Origin: the human T2T-CHM13v2.0 reference genome, Homo sapiens
Strand: one strand, 5' to 3'
Length of the DNA stretch: 64,000 nucleotides
Assembly: GCF_009914755.1 (NCBI RefSeq)
Contig: NC_060931.1
The position numbers and the translations under genes are program-made. Shown here piece by piece: positions 45,301 to 59,351 of the stretch. A model generated the notes under the pieces. That model had not been told where the DNA came from. It worked only from the letters and a program-made list of their open reading frames with translations, and ran no database searches. Within the stretch, counting starts at the first letter, position 1; each line of letters starts with the position of its first letter.

Positions 45301-46230
45301 TGAAGTGATAAATATCTAGTGAAATTCGTATACTCCATGGCAGATCATGGGATCAGAAAGCGACCTCACAGGGTGAAGGGAGAAGCTTATAGCAAGAAGC
45401 TGAGTTTTTCTTTCATTCTTGACTGTTTCTTCCATCATTCGTTCTTATGATGGAATGATTAGGGTGTGAGGTTGGAGAAGGAATAAAATTTGGAGAGAAG
45501 CACAAAATGTGTTGAGGGTAAGGATTTCTTATGTTTTATCTATGAATAGCAAAATATATATTTTTGAGGCAGTTGTATGTTCTTATGGCTGCAGAAGAAA
45601 TAATAAAACCTCCCAAGTTTGGTCTTTTTATAATTACTGTACTTCAGGATTGCAATAGAGCAGTACCATTGAACTTAAAATGGGGTACTGATTCCATTAA
45701 ACGTACAAAAATAGTATATATTTTATTATTGACTTTAGTTGAGTATTTTTTATATAGTGATGATGTAGGGAGTTCCTTCTTGATGTTTTTGATATTTAAC
45801 TACCTCATTTTCTGACACTGCAGTTTAAATGCACATTTTGCATTGTGTTCTTTACACAACAATAATAACACTTTTTTCCGTTTTCATGTTTGTTCTTCCC
45901 ATAGGGTTTTGGCACTCGAACTGATTAATCTTGGCATATATTTTTAAATGATTAGGTATTAACCTGGAATGCTGTATGTGTGTATGTGTGTGCACATGTG
46001 TCCATGTGTTTTCTACTAGTGAAAATAATAATATTAGCATTTCCAAACTAAAATTCATTTTAAAATCATATATAAGTACATTTATATGCTCTCCAAAACT
46101 TTAAAAATTGTTCTTTCCCTAATGCTCCAAACTAGTATTGTTGCCTTAGGTGTTAGGGGACATACACTTCATGCAGTTACTACCTGTGGCAGATAAAAGT
46201 AATTACTGTTATTTAGCGTGCTAAATATAT

Positions 46231-47868
46231 TGTCCTGGGATTCTTGGGGCAATGTTTTTCTGGCTGGAAACCTCTGTGGCCAGTGGCACCTTTGCCGAGT
46301 TTTGCTCAGGCCTGTTGGGCTTGTTCCTCCCACTTGGCCTGGTAGGCTGCACTCAGCTCATGCTACTCGCCTGAGTTCCACACCTGCGAAGGGTGAGTCC
46401 AGCATGGAGCGGTGAGGGGTTTGTGGGCAAGCGTGAGGTCTGGCCACTGTGCACAGCCAGACATGCTGGCTGCAGTGAGGCAGGCTGGCTCCCTGTGAGG
46501 CTGTGGCTGAACCAGTCATACTACAAGCAGCTTCCATGCTGGCACCAAGGAATGTGGTGTTGCCCAGAAACTTGGAGATGCCAGGAACTGCAGAGCCCCA
46601 AAAAGGATCTCATAGCCCTGGCTGGGGAACCCCTAGGTCTGGGGTCTCCAAAGGGCCACAGCTCTTCTCTCCTTCTCATTTCTCTCCTTCTTGTTGCAAG
46701 CAACATAGTGACCAGAGGGTGTATTTCAGCCTGGTTTGTATTATAGCTCTTTTAGTCCCGCCATTTGGCAGGTCCCAATTTCTTGTTTCATGCCCAGGAA
46801 GAATGAGATATGCAGACAAATGGAGGGTGAGCAAGGCAAAGAGGAGCTTTATTGAGTGATAGAATAGCTCAGGGGATACTTACAGTGAGTAGCTCCTTTC
46901 TGCAGCTGGCCTGTCCCAGTGAGTGTTCAGCTTCCAGCAGAGAGGAGACCCTGGAGTGGAAAGCTCCTCTCCACAGTTGGCTGTGCTGTTGTCCCTTCAG
47001 CTCTCAGCAGAGAGGAGACCCTGGGGTGGGCAGATCCTCTCTGCAGCTGGTCGTTCCATCCTCTACTTGAGTCTGGCTGGGTCTGAGGCTTTTATGGGCC
47101 TCAGAGGAGAGGAAGTGCATGTTGATTGGTCCATGGGCAGTGGCTGGAAAAAGCACAACAAAGACCCACTCAAGTCTGCTGGACCAGCTGTCCGGTCCCC
47201 AGGCTTCAGGCCCTCACTGACTTGAAGGCAAGGCTTCACCAGAGACCTGCCCTCTTTTGCCCAGGAGCCTGTCTGCTTCCTGTCCCCATTTATGGTGCCC
47301 AGGCTGTCTGTGCCAAGGGGTGCCTGCAGATTAGCACCAAACTGCCATCAGCACCCTCTCAGCCCTCCCTCCCATGCTTGTTGGTGCCCAGAGTTTAAAG
47401 GGACCATGGTGGCAAGGGGAAGGTGTGTGTGAGCACTGCCCCAAGAGTGCGCACACCCGGCTGGGTTGCAGCAGTGCCCAGGCTCTGCCCTATCCTCACT
47501 CCAAGATTGGAGCATGTATGCCAGGAATGAGGAGAAGCCAGGCAGCAGGAGCACACACCTCCAAACCTGCTGAGGTGGGGGGCCTTCCTGAGCCCCCAAG
47601 AGCACAGGAACACCTGGGTCCACACTGTAACTTGGGCTGCTGCAGCTGTGCCCAGAAGGGCAGGGCTGCTGCCTTCTCTTAGTCCCCAAGATCATAGGGA
47701 GGCCGCCTGGGCAGCCACGATTTGGGCAGCTACAGTTGCATCCGGAAGGGTGGGGCTCCTGCCTGCTCCCAGCTCCTGCTGGCTCCCTGGAGCATGCAGC
47801 TCAGCCACACCTCCACTGCAGCCAGCATCTTGGTGGTGGCTGCTCCAGGTGGGCCACCACTGCTATCA
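46231..47868 (-). mobile_element. MER52-family ERV1 solo LTR (~1.64 kb, GC-rich)
   Basis: Reverse complement begins 'tgatagcagtggtggcccacctggagcagcc'; internal repeat 'cagcagagaggagaccctgg' twice; sharp GC contrast with the flanks. Confidence 0.8.
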
Positions 47869-48171
47869 ATACTATTTCCAAATTTCAAGCATGTGACTTG
47901 AGATAATTAAATACTTTACAAAATTCACCTCAAGATAATTTGTATTTTAGAAGTTTTGCTGTTTTACTAGATAAAATAAGAACAAAGATGGTTCATGAAA
48001 ATTCTTAAAATTAATTATAGATTTAAAAATATTTTTTCTGGCCAAATGGTGTTTAAAATTGTTATTCTTTACATATCAGGGCAATTCAAAAATGTTGCTT
48101 CTGGAAAATTATCCTCTTTTTTTGGTAGCTTCATAGATTGCTAAGCTCATTTATAGAGCTTTTGGTTCAGT

Positions 48172-48215
48172 TGGTCTGGGGTGGAGCCTGAGAATTTGCA
48201 TCTCTAGAAGTTCCC
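48172..48215. mobile_element. MER5A fragment
   Basis: 'ggtctggggtggagcctgagaatttgcatctcta'. Confidence 0.6.
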
Positions 48216-48694
48216 ACTACAATGAATTCTTCTGTCTATAGGTCATAATAACAAAATCCTCTTATACTGCTATAATAGGGAAATTTTTAATCTAAAGGCA
48301 ATCCCTCCAAATTACTCTTTGTTTTTTTTCTGTATTCTCCTTCGATATTTAAAATGCTAGTTCTGTTCATAGCCCTGTGTCTGGAAGCAAAAACTTTCCA
48401 TTTCTTATTTGATACTTATAAACCACAACTTGATGAGAAACAAGATAACTAAACTAAAAGAAATTGGATGTAAGAACAAACCTTCCACTTTACGTCTCTT
48501 GGCTTTAAGAGACCCACTAATTACATGATGAGAGAGGCCTCTAGGCTTCCTTTTTGTGGTCCTGTTTGCCTTGACTACAATGGCTGACATTCTGACTGTA
48601 ACCAAGTAATATGTAAATTATAATAGTTTACAATGCTAATGATATGTCCATTGAGATTAGATTGGCTAATAAGGTGAATCTGAGACCATTTCTG

Positions 48695-48900
48695 GAGTGA
48701 TCAAAACACAGGCTTTGGAGTTCAACAGTTCTAGAGAAATATAAGCCTGAGCTCTGCCAGTTACTGGCCTCTGTGATGCTTCAAGTAATCTTCAATAATC
48801 TCACCTGAAACCTGGAACGATAATGGAATCTAGCCACTGAACTACCATGAAGATTAAATGACAGAATGTATTAGCTGTATTGCAAGCAGAAAACAGGTCA
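48695..48900 (+). mobile_element. MIR
   Basis: 'caggctttggagttcaacag...ctctgccagttact...atgaagattaaatga'. Confidence 0.65.
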
Positions 48901-50269
48901 CACATAAGGGCAATAACAAAGTTAGATTCATATAATGATAATAAACTGTTCTAATTGTAGTAGCAATATTCATATTCACGCTTTAAAATTTATCTACAAG
49001 AGAATTTTCTGCTTTGCTATATACAAGTTAGAACAGTATCAAATATGTCATCATGAATCTGTAGTAAAACTGAGACAAGCTTTAATACTTCTTAAGATTA
49101 ATATATTTAAAGAAAATAAATTGATCATTTTTTCCTGCAGGGAGCTGAATAGCTCTATTGAGCCCTATTTCCTGCAATTACAAAATGAGTTCCAATTAAT
49201 AACTATGGAAGACTGATTCTAGTTTCACTAAATTAATTTATGTATTTTAGGATTGGCTGTCATACTTTTCAGGTCACTGTTCCTCTTTCATCTACTTTCA
49301 TTTAAAAATATATAGTTGGGAAGATACTGTAGTGAGAAAACATATAACTTTGATCTAGTCAATAATCTTGATTTAAAGTAAAGCTTTCTCTTCTTGTTGA
49401 TGGTGGAAGTGAAGTAGTTTAAAAGTTTTACAGCCTTGCTATGCAACCTGACCTCTGTAACACCCAAAAAAATGGAATGCTTACATGCCATGCTTAAATT
49501 CCATTTTACAATATGGAATACCATTCTTTCTCAGTATAATTTGGTCATTTTAGGCAATTGTAAGCTTGACACCTGATTTCACTTTAACAGCACCTGCCCA
49601 GAGCATAATTAGCAGCCTGTTTTTTAAAAAGGACTTCCATACTGCACAGATGGCATTCCTCATACCAGACACGCAATGATGTGTGTTGGAAACCAGCCAA
49701 ACTGTCTGCAAAAAAATGTGAGAATTTCAAGATGGGCGTTTGAGAAGAAGGAAAATTTTCCCTTCTTCTCTAAATCATATATGAACATCTGTTAAAACAT
49801 GATCTTAACTTTTCTACTTATTCTCTTCTGATTGCATATTATTAGTGCAATGATGTTTGAAAGATCATAACCAGATTTTCGTTTTGATTTGTGATATTTG
49901 TAGACTGCCTATTAAAAAATATTCTAGGGCTCCATTTTCAACTATATTAATTTAGATATAGAGATATTTTTTGCATGGATCTCATGCCATTTAATTCATG
50001 CAATTATTCAAAAATATTTATTGATCATTGCAAATTCTCAAATTCAGAGTCAGTGCTTATAGTTGTGCAAATTATGAACTGGGTATAATTTGCACAACTA
50101 TATATATATATGAAGGGGGTATAATTTGCTTCACAATTAGCATAGAGTTATATCATTTTTACGGTGGTCTCCAGGCAATGGTAGTCTAGTGTTTGAGTCA
50201 GTAGTACCCTTTTCTAATTCATACAAATTCTGGATGTGGGTTGGTAATGAGGTTGCCAGAGACCATTCA

Positions 50270-50765
50270 AAGTGCTAGAGACATATACATAACAGACAGT
50301 CTCTGCTCTTATGAAACCTACACTCAATAAGGGGAAAAGATCAGTCGAAAACTACCCAAGGGGTAAGAGAAAAACAATGCTGTACTTCTTAAAATGGTAG
50401 AATGTCACAGATAGTGCCATTTTGTTTGAGAAGGTCCGATATTAGCTATGTGAAGAAATAAAAACCTAAAGGAAATGAGGGAGTAAGTCAAATATATGTG
50501 GTGGAAGAGCATTCCAGGCAACAGGATTGGGAATACAGGCCTGAATGAGACATAAGTGATCTCATTGTGGGCAGAGATCAGGAGGAAGCATGAGTGATTG
50601 GAGCTGTGAGGCTATTTGGGGAAAGTGTTGGCAACAAGATAGGTGACCAGTGTGTGGCCAGATATTACAGTGTTGGGAGGCCCAGGTAAGAATCTTGGGG
50701 TTTATTCTAAGTCATTGGAGTGTTTTCTGCAAAGAAGGGCTATGATCTGATTTGTATTTTTAAAA
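50270..50765 (-). mobile_element. L2 fragment
   Basis: 'gtctctgctcttatgaa', 'ggaagagcattccaggca', 'cattggagtgtttt...tatgatctgatttg'. Confidence 0.7.
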
Positions 50766-52047
50766 ATGTGTAAAAATGTTTCATTATGGACCATTACACC
50801 TTCACATGGTATCTTACATTTGCAAGTCACTATGAACCGCTTATTAATCTGATTTGCAATTTAGAGGGACCGCTCTAGCTGCAGTGCAGAAAATTGATTA
50901 CATACAGCAGAAGAAGAATGGAAAACAGGGGAGACAGCTATTTTCATGTGTTACATTACCCTAGATAGTTTGTTAAGTGACTTCAGGGTAGGGCATTGTA
51001 TTCTGTCCTCTTGCCCGGGGAACTATCTAGAACTTTTACTGCTGCTTGGAAAAAAGTCACTGTTTCATACAGCTTTATTAATAAAATTTTTTAATGCAGA
51101 TGACTTTTTAAATTTTGAACATGTTCATCAAAATTATTTTGAACATCTTTAAGTCACGTTTTGATTGTTTTATGTAATCAGACTCTTGATTAGAAAGAAT
51201 AACAGAAGGAACCGTAGATGCACTCAAACTCCTAAAGTAATTATTTACAAGAAATAAACTTTTTGCAAGATCTAATGACATTTTATACAATGAAAATGTA
51301 TAATATTTTCAAAGTAACAGCAATAAAATAATAAGTAATGGTCAAAATAAATTTCAAAATATAAAGCATAAATGTCAGAATCAATATTGGTTTTGCCGCA
51401 TTAGCTTGAAAATTTACTGGCGGAAAAATAGTAATGGTTAAACACACAGAAAAGATAAGTCATAAATGTCAGCCAGCCCTTATTAACTGCCTCTGAAGGT
51501 ACTACAAGGACAGCTTTGGCTGCTCCTAGCCTGCACTTACAGAAATTGAATTGCTTTGTGCATTAACAAAATGGAACTGGGCTGAACAATGTCCATAGAA
51601 ATGCTGAATAGGCAATTATTTAAAATGTTCTCCAAGATTGAGGAATATATTAACAGAAACCAATAGCACAGCAAATTAAATGATGATTGAGCAGAACATT
51701 ACCTAAAATTAGTACAGAAATATTTATAGAATGAATGAATGAATTAAATTGACTATAATAAAATATTGGCCAAGGTAGCGTGAAAAAAAATTAAAGCAAA
51801 TTTAAAGTAATTTTATTGTGAACAATTTCTTTGCATTAATTGTGTAATATCAGAATGTTATATAGGCTTCTCCATAATGGTGTCCACTAATAATTTAAAG
51901 TTTTTCAATAGGTGTACGGTACATTTTAAAAAATTAACAACCAAAGTCTTCATGAGGAACAAGAAATGATTTTCTATTTGTTTCTATTTGGCTCTCACTA
52001 TAGCAACTTATATAATGCTTTGCATGCATGAAATGTTTAATTTCTAA

Positions 52048-52145
52048 ATTTATTTTCTAGAGATGGGGATCTGGCTCTGTTGCCCAAGCTGGACCCCAGC
52101 TCCTAGCCTCAAGGGATTCTCCTGCCTCAGCATCCTGAGTAGTGG
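52048..52145 (-). mobile_element. FLAM/Alu monomer fragment
   Basis: 'tagagatgggg...tgttgcccaagctgg...ctcctagcctcaagggattctcctgcctcagc'. Confidence 0.75.
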
Positions 52146-53773
52146 AAAAATTTTAGTAAACAATGGATCTTATTATCACCAATAATTTTATAATTAACAT
52201 TAGCATGTACATGGGATCTTTAATACATCTGGAGTTCATTTTGATTGCTCCTCTAAAAACTAAAAGACCAAGAAAAAAATTCCCTCAAAGTATTTGTTTC
52301 TTCTTCTTCCTAAGACCTGATGCTTCTGTTAAAAGGCGCAGTTCTCACACCCACCTGCTCCTCCATGCCTGTTTCTAGTGCAGTCAAGGAAAGTTTACCA
52401 CAGTGGTACTTTTTAAAGGTATATTTTTATCTTTGCAGCTCTATCTGGTGTTTTCTCAGCTGCATATGTGACTTGCCTGGAAGACATGGCTGGTAACTCC
52501 TAGAAGAAATCTAAATTTTAAAGATGTAATCATTAAAAAATACTTGTCATTATAGATAGGTAGCTTTATTGTTGTGGCTTTGTTTTTCTGTTTAAAAAAG
52601 CTGTTGATTTTGCCTTTCTAACTTTTTGTGGATATACTACTGCCCCTAAAGGAAGAAAATATGTTTAAGGGAGACATCAAAGTTTGTCTGTGTTCTTGTT
52701 GTTTTCCCCAAACCAAAAGACCTAAGAGATTTAATAATTATTATATTTGTTACTATTAAGATATCATTTGTATGACCTCCTACTAAGTGAAACAATGTAG
52801 TTATTTAGTGTTTTAGAATTTATGTATTATTAATAAGAAAAAGATTTACTGAAAATGAAATAAGATATATTCATTTAGTCTATTGCTTACATATGTAAGA
52901 CATGAGTCATGAATGTATAGGTTTTTTCATTTGATCAATTTCTTTACTAATTACCTGTTGCTTTTTAAAAAATAACATACTCTGGAAATTTACCAAAGTA
53001 GCAAAATGCTTAATTTTTAACTTTATAATTTTATAACTACATAACATGACATATACATACTTAATACACTTAATATGTAAAAAGTTCTTACCAATTAATA
53101 AGAAATGAAAATGTTACAACTGAAAAAAAATTAAAAATATGATCAATAATTTAAAAACTATAATTATCAATAAATACATGAAGATGTTCAACTTCATTAA
53201 TGATTGAACAAATACAAATTAAAATATGCTTTATCATCAGATTGCAAATAATTTTTAAAAATTCTAATAATTAAAATTATCCTATTTATGGAGAAATAGG
53301 TATTGGAATGAGTGTAAATTTGCAATACAAAATTGATAATGTATATTTAAAGTCCTAATAATAAACATACTTTCTTGTCCCAATAATACAATTTCTACAA
53401 AATCCCTTTATGGGAAAAATTAAATTTTACAGAGAATTATGTAAAAAAACACTTCAATGTTATTAAAGGGAAACTTGGAGAAAAAAATATCCAATAGTAA
53501 GGGATTATTAAATAGCATATCATAGATCCATAAAAAGAAATACTGTTCAGCTATTAAATATATTTATATTTTATTATTATGCAAAGAAACACCTTAGCTT
53601 ACAGAGCAGCATATATGGTATATTTCCAAAATTATTTAAAAATATACATTTATACAGATATATATTTTCTAAAACTATGTATCATGTGAATAAAAAGGTT
53701 TGTCTTATATGTTCTTTTTTAAAAAAGCGTTTATCATAAGGAAATATCTGAACATGATTTAATGTATGTTAGC

Positions 53774-53808
53774 ATTGCTTCTCAGCCTTTTGGCTAAGAT
53801 CAAGTGTA
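53774..53808 (+). pseudogene. U2 snRNA 5' fragment (nt 1-35), tailless retropseudogene
   Basis: attgcttctcagccttttggctaagatcaagtgta matches U2 ATCGCTTCTCGGCCTTTTGGCTAAGATCAAGTGTA at 33/35, both differences being CpG transitions; flanked by degenerate direct repeats ending 'tgttagc'. Confidence 0.9.
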
Positions 53809-55918
53809 ATATGTTGTTAGCAAGGACACCTAAATCTATATGAGGTTTCCAGAGAAGAATATGGTCACTACTGAACATCTCTTCATTTAACCAATCCGAT
53901 TTGTGGTCTGTTGTTAAATTGAATTCAAACAAGATATATCTCCTTTGATTTTTATTTCATAACATTTAGCAAATATTTTATTTCAGATACAAATGATAAG
54001 ATTTTGCCCAATCATCATTCTTTGACACTGGCTACAATCACATGCCTCCAGTAAGCAAAAATTTGCCCAAAAATGTGGTAGTCAGAGGCAACTTTGAAAG
54101 GCTTATTTCACACGTTCTTCTAAAAGAAGTTGAGTTGGTGATACTTTTATAGAACGTGCAATTTCATGAGCCAATTTCTTTTTTTGCTATTGAACAATTC
54201 AAGAAGTATTTTTAAGTTCTCTATCAGTTTAGCATCCACTTTTCTTTCAACATTTTTTGCTGCTTTTAAATACCTAAACACCTGCTTACACCATATATAT
54301 CTGTGATCATGAAAAATTACTGTATTTCACTGTCGATGAGTCCAAAGAAAATAATTAAACTCTGCCCTAGAAAAATAAAAGCCAAAGAAATAATCCAATT
54401 GAATTAATAGCTTGACCCTAAATAACAGTTTGAGTCCAACATTTCATCAAATAGGAAAATTAGAAGGATCTTGACTGATTGTTTTCCTTTATTGACAGTA
54501 GTATATTCAGGAAAAGGTAGAATAAACCGCCTTTCTTTAAAGAAAAACAAAGCCAGCAGTGGTAATTTTAAAAAAAACTACCTATCCTTAATGACAAGTA
54601 TTTTCTAATCATTGTTTTTAAAATTAATATGTATTGAGGAAAAGAAAATTTTTAATGTTTTCAACTATAGTTATTACACATATGCAGAAACAAAGCCTAT
54701 ACTTAATTATAGGACAATTGATTGTTCCCAAAGCATCTGATTACTCTTTAATTTAAAAAAATACATGTCTATTTCAGTGAATCACTATTTGAAGTACAGA
54801 AATACAAAGTACAGCCTAAACTTGATATTACTATGTCCTCAAATCACTGTATCATCTCTTCCATGAAATGAATGTGACAATAATTTGTATTTGCAAATTC
54901 ATTCTATTTTGGGAGCTGTTTCTGAAAACCATCTGTAACCAAAGTAAACAATATTTTAATGGGGGATTACTGAGCTGGCTGAATACATTGTGATGCAATC
55001 AAAAGTTTTCTGGAATTTTTCAAACCACAGTTTGAAGCTGCATTTGAATAAAACTTAGCTATTAAGGGGAAAAATAATTCATAAAAAAATTTTTAGTCTT
55101 AAATATACTTTCAATGTATTTAACCATCGTAAATGTGAAGATAAGAGTATTGTAAAAATACATGATATCAGAGAATTACTTAAAGAAAAAAACATATTTA
55201 AATTTTGAGCCGCATATTTTTATAGGTTCTTAGAGTTTGGTGTAGCAATCCTGTTTTCTGGAGCCATTTTTGTTCCTTTGTCTACGACTTCTAGCAACAT
55301 TTTGCAAGAGTTGAAAGCAGAAATGTTGAGGTGCCCATGAGGATTGTTATTCATTACCCTGACCAGCTTTAGGCAGGAGATATAAAAACATAACCAAAAA
55401 AGCCACTTTTATGACAGTATTTGCAGATCAATCCTGCGTATTCCACGCTTGTAAGATTTGGAATGTTTGTAGCTGAAATTTATTTTTCTTTCTAGATTGC
55501 TTTTTACTGAAAGAATGCAACAAAGAGAGCTGCCAAGAAAATACAGTTATTCCCCCAAATAGTTCAAAGAACTATGCCAGGTAAGTATTTGTTGTTCATA
55601 TTTTAAATATTATATTATAGTCTAAATACTAGTCACCTCAAATATGAACTGAATTATTTTAAAAGCATTTTATTAGAAAATAGGTCATGGCATAAATGGC
55701 TGCTTCTTAAAAGTCACCAGCCTCAGTGTATTTAGAAATTAAAGTGAAAAATACTTTCTTTAAATCTTTTCAGTCACTACCAGGATACTCTGTTCTTGAG
55801 ACTGATTTTAACTGTATAGTTTCTCAAAACTTCTGTCAGGCGAAAATTAGCATCTGCTGTCATCAGTACGCCAGGAATTTAAGAAATGTTCTCAAAAACG
55901 AGTAGCATTGGAAATATA

Positions 55919-56293
<375 letters not shown>

Positions 56294-57369
56294 AAGTTGG
56301 CCTCTGATCTTAGTTTACTAGTCTGAGAAAAGCTTTTATTGAATTTCACAAGTGATTCCCACATTTATTACATGTAATGGCATTCATAAGCATATTAAAA
56401 ATGTGATTGGGATTATTTTAAATGCATTTATTTCAAATTAAAAAAACAAAATGACAAACTCAGGTATTATGTATGGTTTCTGAAGAGGAAAATATAGTCT
56501 GACAGCAGATGGTAAATATGGGAAGTAGGAAGTAATTGGGGTCGTGTGAATAATGAGTTAAAAATATGTGGATCAGTCTTTGGAAAAACTTTGTAGTGTT
56601 CATCCTTCTGAATCCTACTGAAAAAAAAATCATCCTAACCATGATTTCATACTATTTTCAGAGAAAGGTGCTTTCATGCTGTTATGAATTTCCACAGAGC
56701 CACAGGTTCTGAGATAGAATTACACGAAAAGGGCATTATGCAATAAGATACCATGGCATGCCAGGAACCCAGTGTAGATTAAAAACAAGTAGAGTTCTTT
56801 CAGATTTTTGGCACCTTTGGAGTGAATTAAACCCAGATAGTTCATGAGAATATCTTAATTTTCCTCAAAGAATTTTAATTCCAAAAGGATATTGGGGTAT
56901 AATGTAGCTAACCTATGCATCAGTTTGAAGACAGGAGGATACTGAAATACTTTAAAAAGATGGCAAGTTCCACTAATAAAAATTACTCTGGCTTCCCTGT
57001 TTGTCAGTGTGTTGACAATGTGATAATGTGTCAGGTGTCTTATGCGGCAGGCAGATCATTTTAATTCATCATAAAGAAAGTGATGTCTCTTTTCAGTCAG
57101 CCATGTGGCCTTTCCTACCACTTTGTGTTCTCTGGATCAAATTTCATTTCAGGATTGCTTACAATTCTCTAATAAAGATATGGCCATGATACAAAAACCT
57201 CCCATTTCCCGAATGTTATATCTATTCGGAATCCCTTTTTCCTATTTCATTTTCTTACTACATTGGAATTCTTACGTCTATTTGGCTACAACCATTAGCT
57301 CTCCTTTTAGCTACTTCTAAGGGGTCCTTTTCTCTTATTTCTGGAAATTATTTTCCTGCCCAAATGAAT

Positions 57370-57540
57370 TATCCTCCACTTTGTCCCTATTGAACTCAAT
57401 TTGATTCATATCTTCCCACTTCACTAATTTGTCAAGATGTTTTGAATTTAAATCCTCTTCTACAGTAAGAAAGTCAGTCCACCCAAGTAGATGTCATCAG
57501 CACAAGCAGACTTTGTATTAATTCAGGTGATTAATGGAAA
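57370..57540 (-). mobile_element. Ancient L3/CR1 LINE reverse-transcriptase fragment
   Basis: 'cacttt gtccctattgaa...aatttgtcaagatgttttgaatt...gatgtcatcagcac'; the minus strand reads C-A-D-D-I, resembling the CR1 FADDT motif. Confidence 0.5.
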
Positions 57541-58472
57541 AGTGTCTGTTTCATGCCTGGGAGACCTCAATTCGAATGGTCTATTCTCAGTTAATTTTAA
57601 AATACTGACAACTACTGAGGTAAAATGTATTACATGAAAGGAAAATGTGATACAAAAAAATTATTTATTTCTGGGATACTCTCTATATATCACGCTAGAT
57701 TAAGTTAAAATATATCAAATTAATTTTTGTCAGTCTGATCATTCTAAAGCAAGTGTAATCAATTAACTGATGGGTTTTTGGAAATTTTTACTGATTGTTT
57801 TTCTGTATTTGTTTCGGATTGAGGCAGGGGAGGAAGGCTGGCAATGTTTCCAAGCATTTCTGCTTAGAATATGAAACAAATGAAAAACAATGTGATAAAG
57901 CTATAAGTAGGACTAAGGCACCCCATGCGTGTGCAATCATGCATGATGCAAAATACATTATGTTAATAGCATCCTTTACTTCTTGCATTAGTCCCATTAG
58001 AACTGAGGACTCTGATTAGCTTCTTTAGCTTATATTTCACATCAGAGACTCTGCATATTCAGACTATAAAACCACTGTTGGATTAACTTACATATATCAG
58101 ACATAACTTTAAAAATGTATGACTATTTTATTTTCCTCACTGTGGTGAATACTATTATTTAATACTTTTTTCCTACTTTTATCTGTGGCTTCATAAAACA
58201 CACAAAAAAATCCATTCACTGTATTCTTCAAATTAGAGAAATAGCTTAATATATGCCCATTCTTAGGCGCCCTTTGATTACACAAGGATTTATTTTTTTC
58301 CTGCCATAATAAAAAAATTCAGAAATGAAAAAATGTAAATAATCCACTAATTATAATCATCTGGATTTGCACAAGTGCAGATAGATTTGAGACTTTGTTA
58401 ATCATTGATATTGAAATCTATAAAAATTAAGAAAATTAATGTAGGGAGACCAAAGTTATTTACAAAGGATCA

Positions 58473-58478
58473 TTTATT
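58473..58478 (-). terminator. MEOX2: MEOX2 polyadenylation signal AATAAA
   Basis: tttatt on the plus strand ~1.15 kb past the stop codon, with U-rich sequence both sides on the transcript strand; agrees with my recollection of a ~1.2 kb UTR. Confidence 0.7.
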
Positions 58479-59189
58479 AAACACATTTTAAAAACAAAAT
58501 ACAAAGATAGTTGTTCTGCATGAATACATCACATATGAAAAAATAATGTGTTTTTACCGAATTTAATTTGAAGATATTCAGAATTTTGTTTTCTATCAAC
58601 TTGAGCAACCAGTTTCGCTTTGCACCTTGTCTAACACTGTTGTCAATCAGGAAGAAATGTTTTCTTGTTAATTAAATCATATTCATACAGCTAATATTTT
58701 ACAGAAATAAAATAAGACAATGTCTGTCATACAAAGCTCTTTCTGCAAGGTAACTGATTTGCCTATGATCCTAATTTTTTTAAGCTATAAGATAGGAAGA
58801 ATTCAGGAGCTAGGTAAGTTTTATAATAACGTATTAGCAGCAGTTGATAGTAAATGCAACATAAGATTTGTTTTGTCTGTGGTACAAGAATATGTCCTAT
58901 CAGACTCTACTGTATTTTTCTCTACTTGAACACAGGTAAGCACATACTGATTGTCTCTGGGATGACAAAATGTATAAAAAAGACAAGAAACTGGCTCTGG
59001 TTGTCATTGTGAGTGCCTATTTTCATCAGCTAATATGAATGCATTGCTAAATTAGTGAAGACAGGAAAATGACTTAAGGGTAATATATACAGAGTTAAAA
59101 TACACTTTTTATCCACTTGAGTGAATTCAGGCACTGTGGCTGTTCAGGATAAAATGTTTCATGGTTTATTCTTGATAGCAATTTAATTT

Positions 59190-59198
59190 TCAGTGCAA
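59190..59198 (-). promoter_or_regulatory. Overlapping miR-130/301/454 (7mer-m8) and miR-148/152 (8mer) seed site, distal copy
   Basis: mRNA reads UUGCACUGA. Confidence 0.75.
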
Positions 59199-59342
59199 GC
59201 AAAAGCAAATACCTGCCCACTGTAATACACATGATCTCACACATCTGGAATGTTCAATGCAAGTTCATCCTCGGCATCTTCACTCTGGAGACATCTTGAA
59301 TAAAAAACCGTTCATAGTTTGCTCTTGATAGCAATTTAATTT

Positions 59343-59351
59343 TCAGTGCAA
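59343..59351 (-). promoter_or_regulatory. Overlapping miR-130/301/454 and miR-148/152 seed site, proximal copy
   Basis: mRNA reads UUGCACUGA. Confidence 0.75.

Noticed and set aside
46218-47896. Cluster of overlapping 60-118 aa ORFs in a GC-rich block
   Set aside because: They lie in the MER52-type LTR; GC-richness suppresses stop codons; no recognisable protein, and CpG is depleted so it is not a CpG island.
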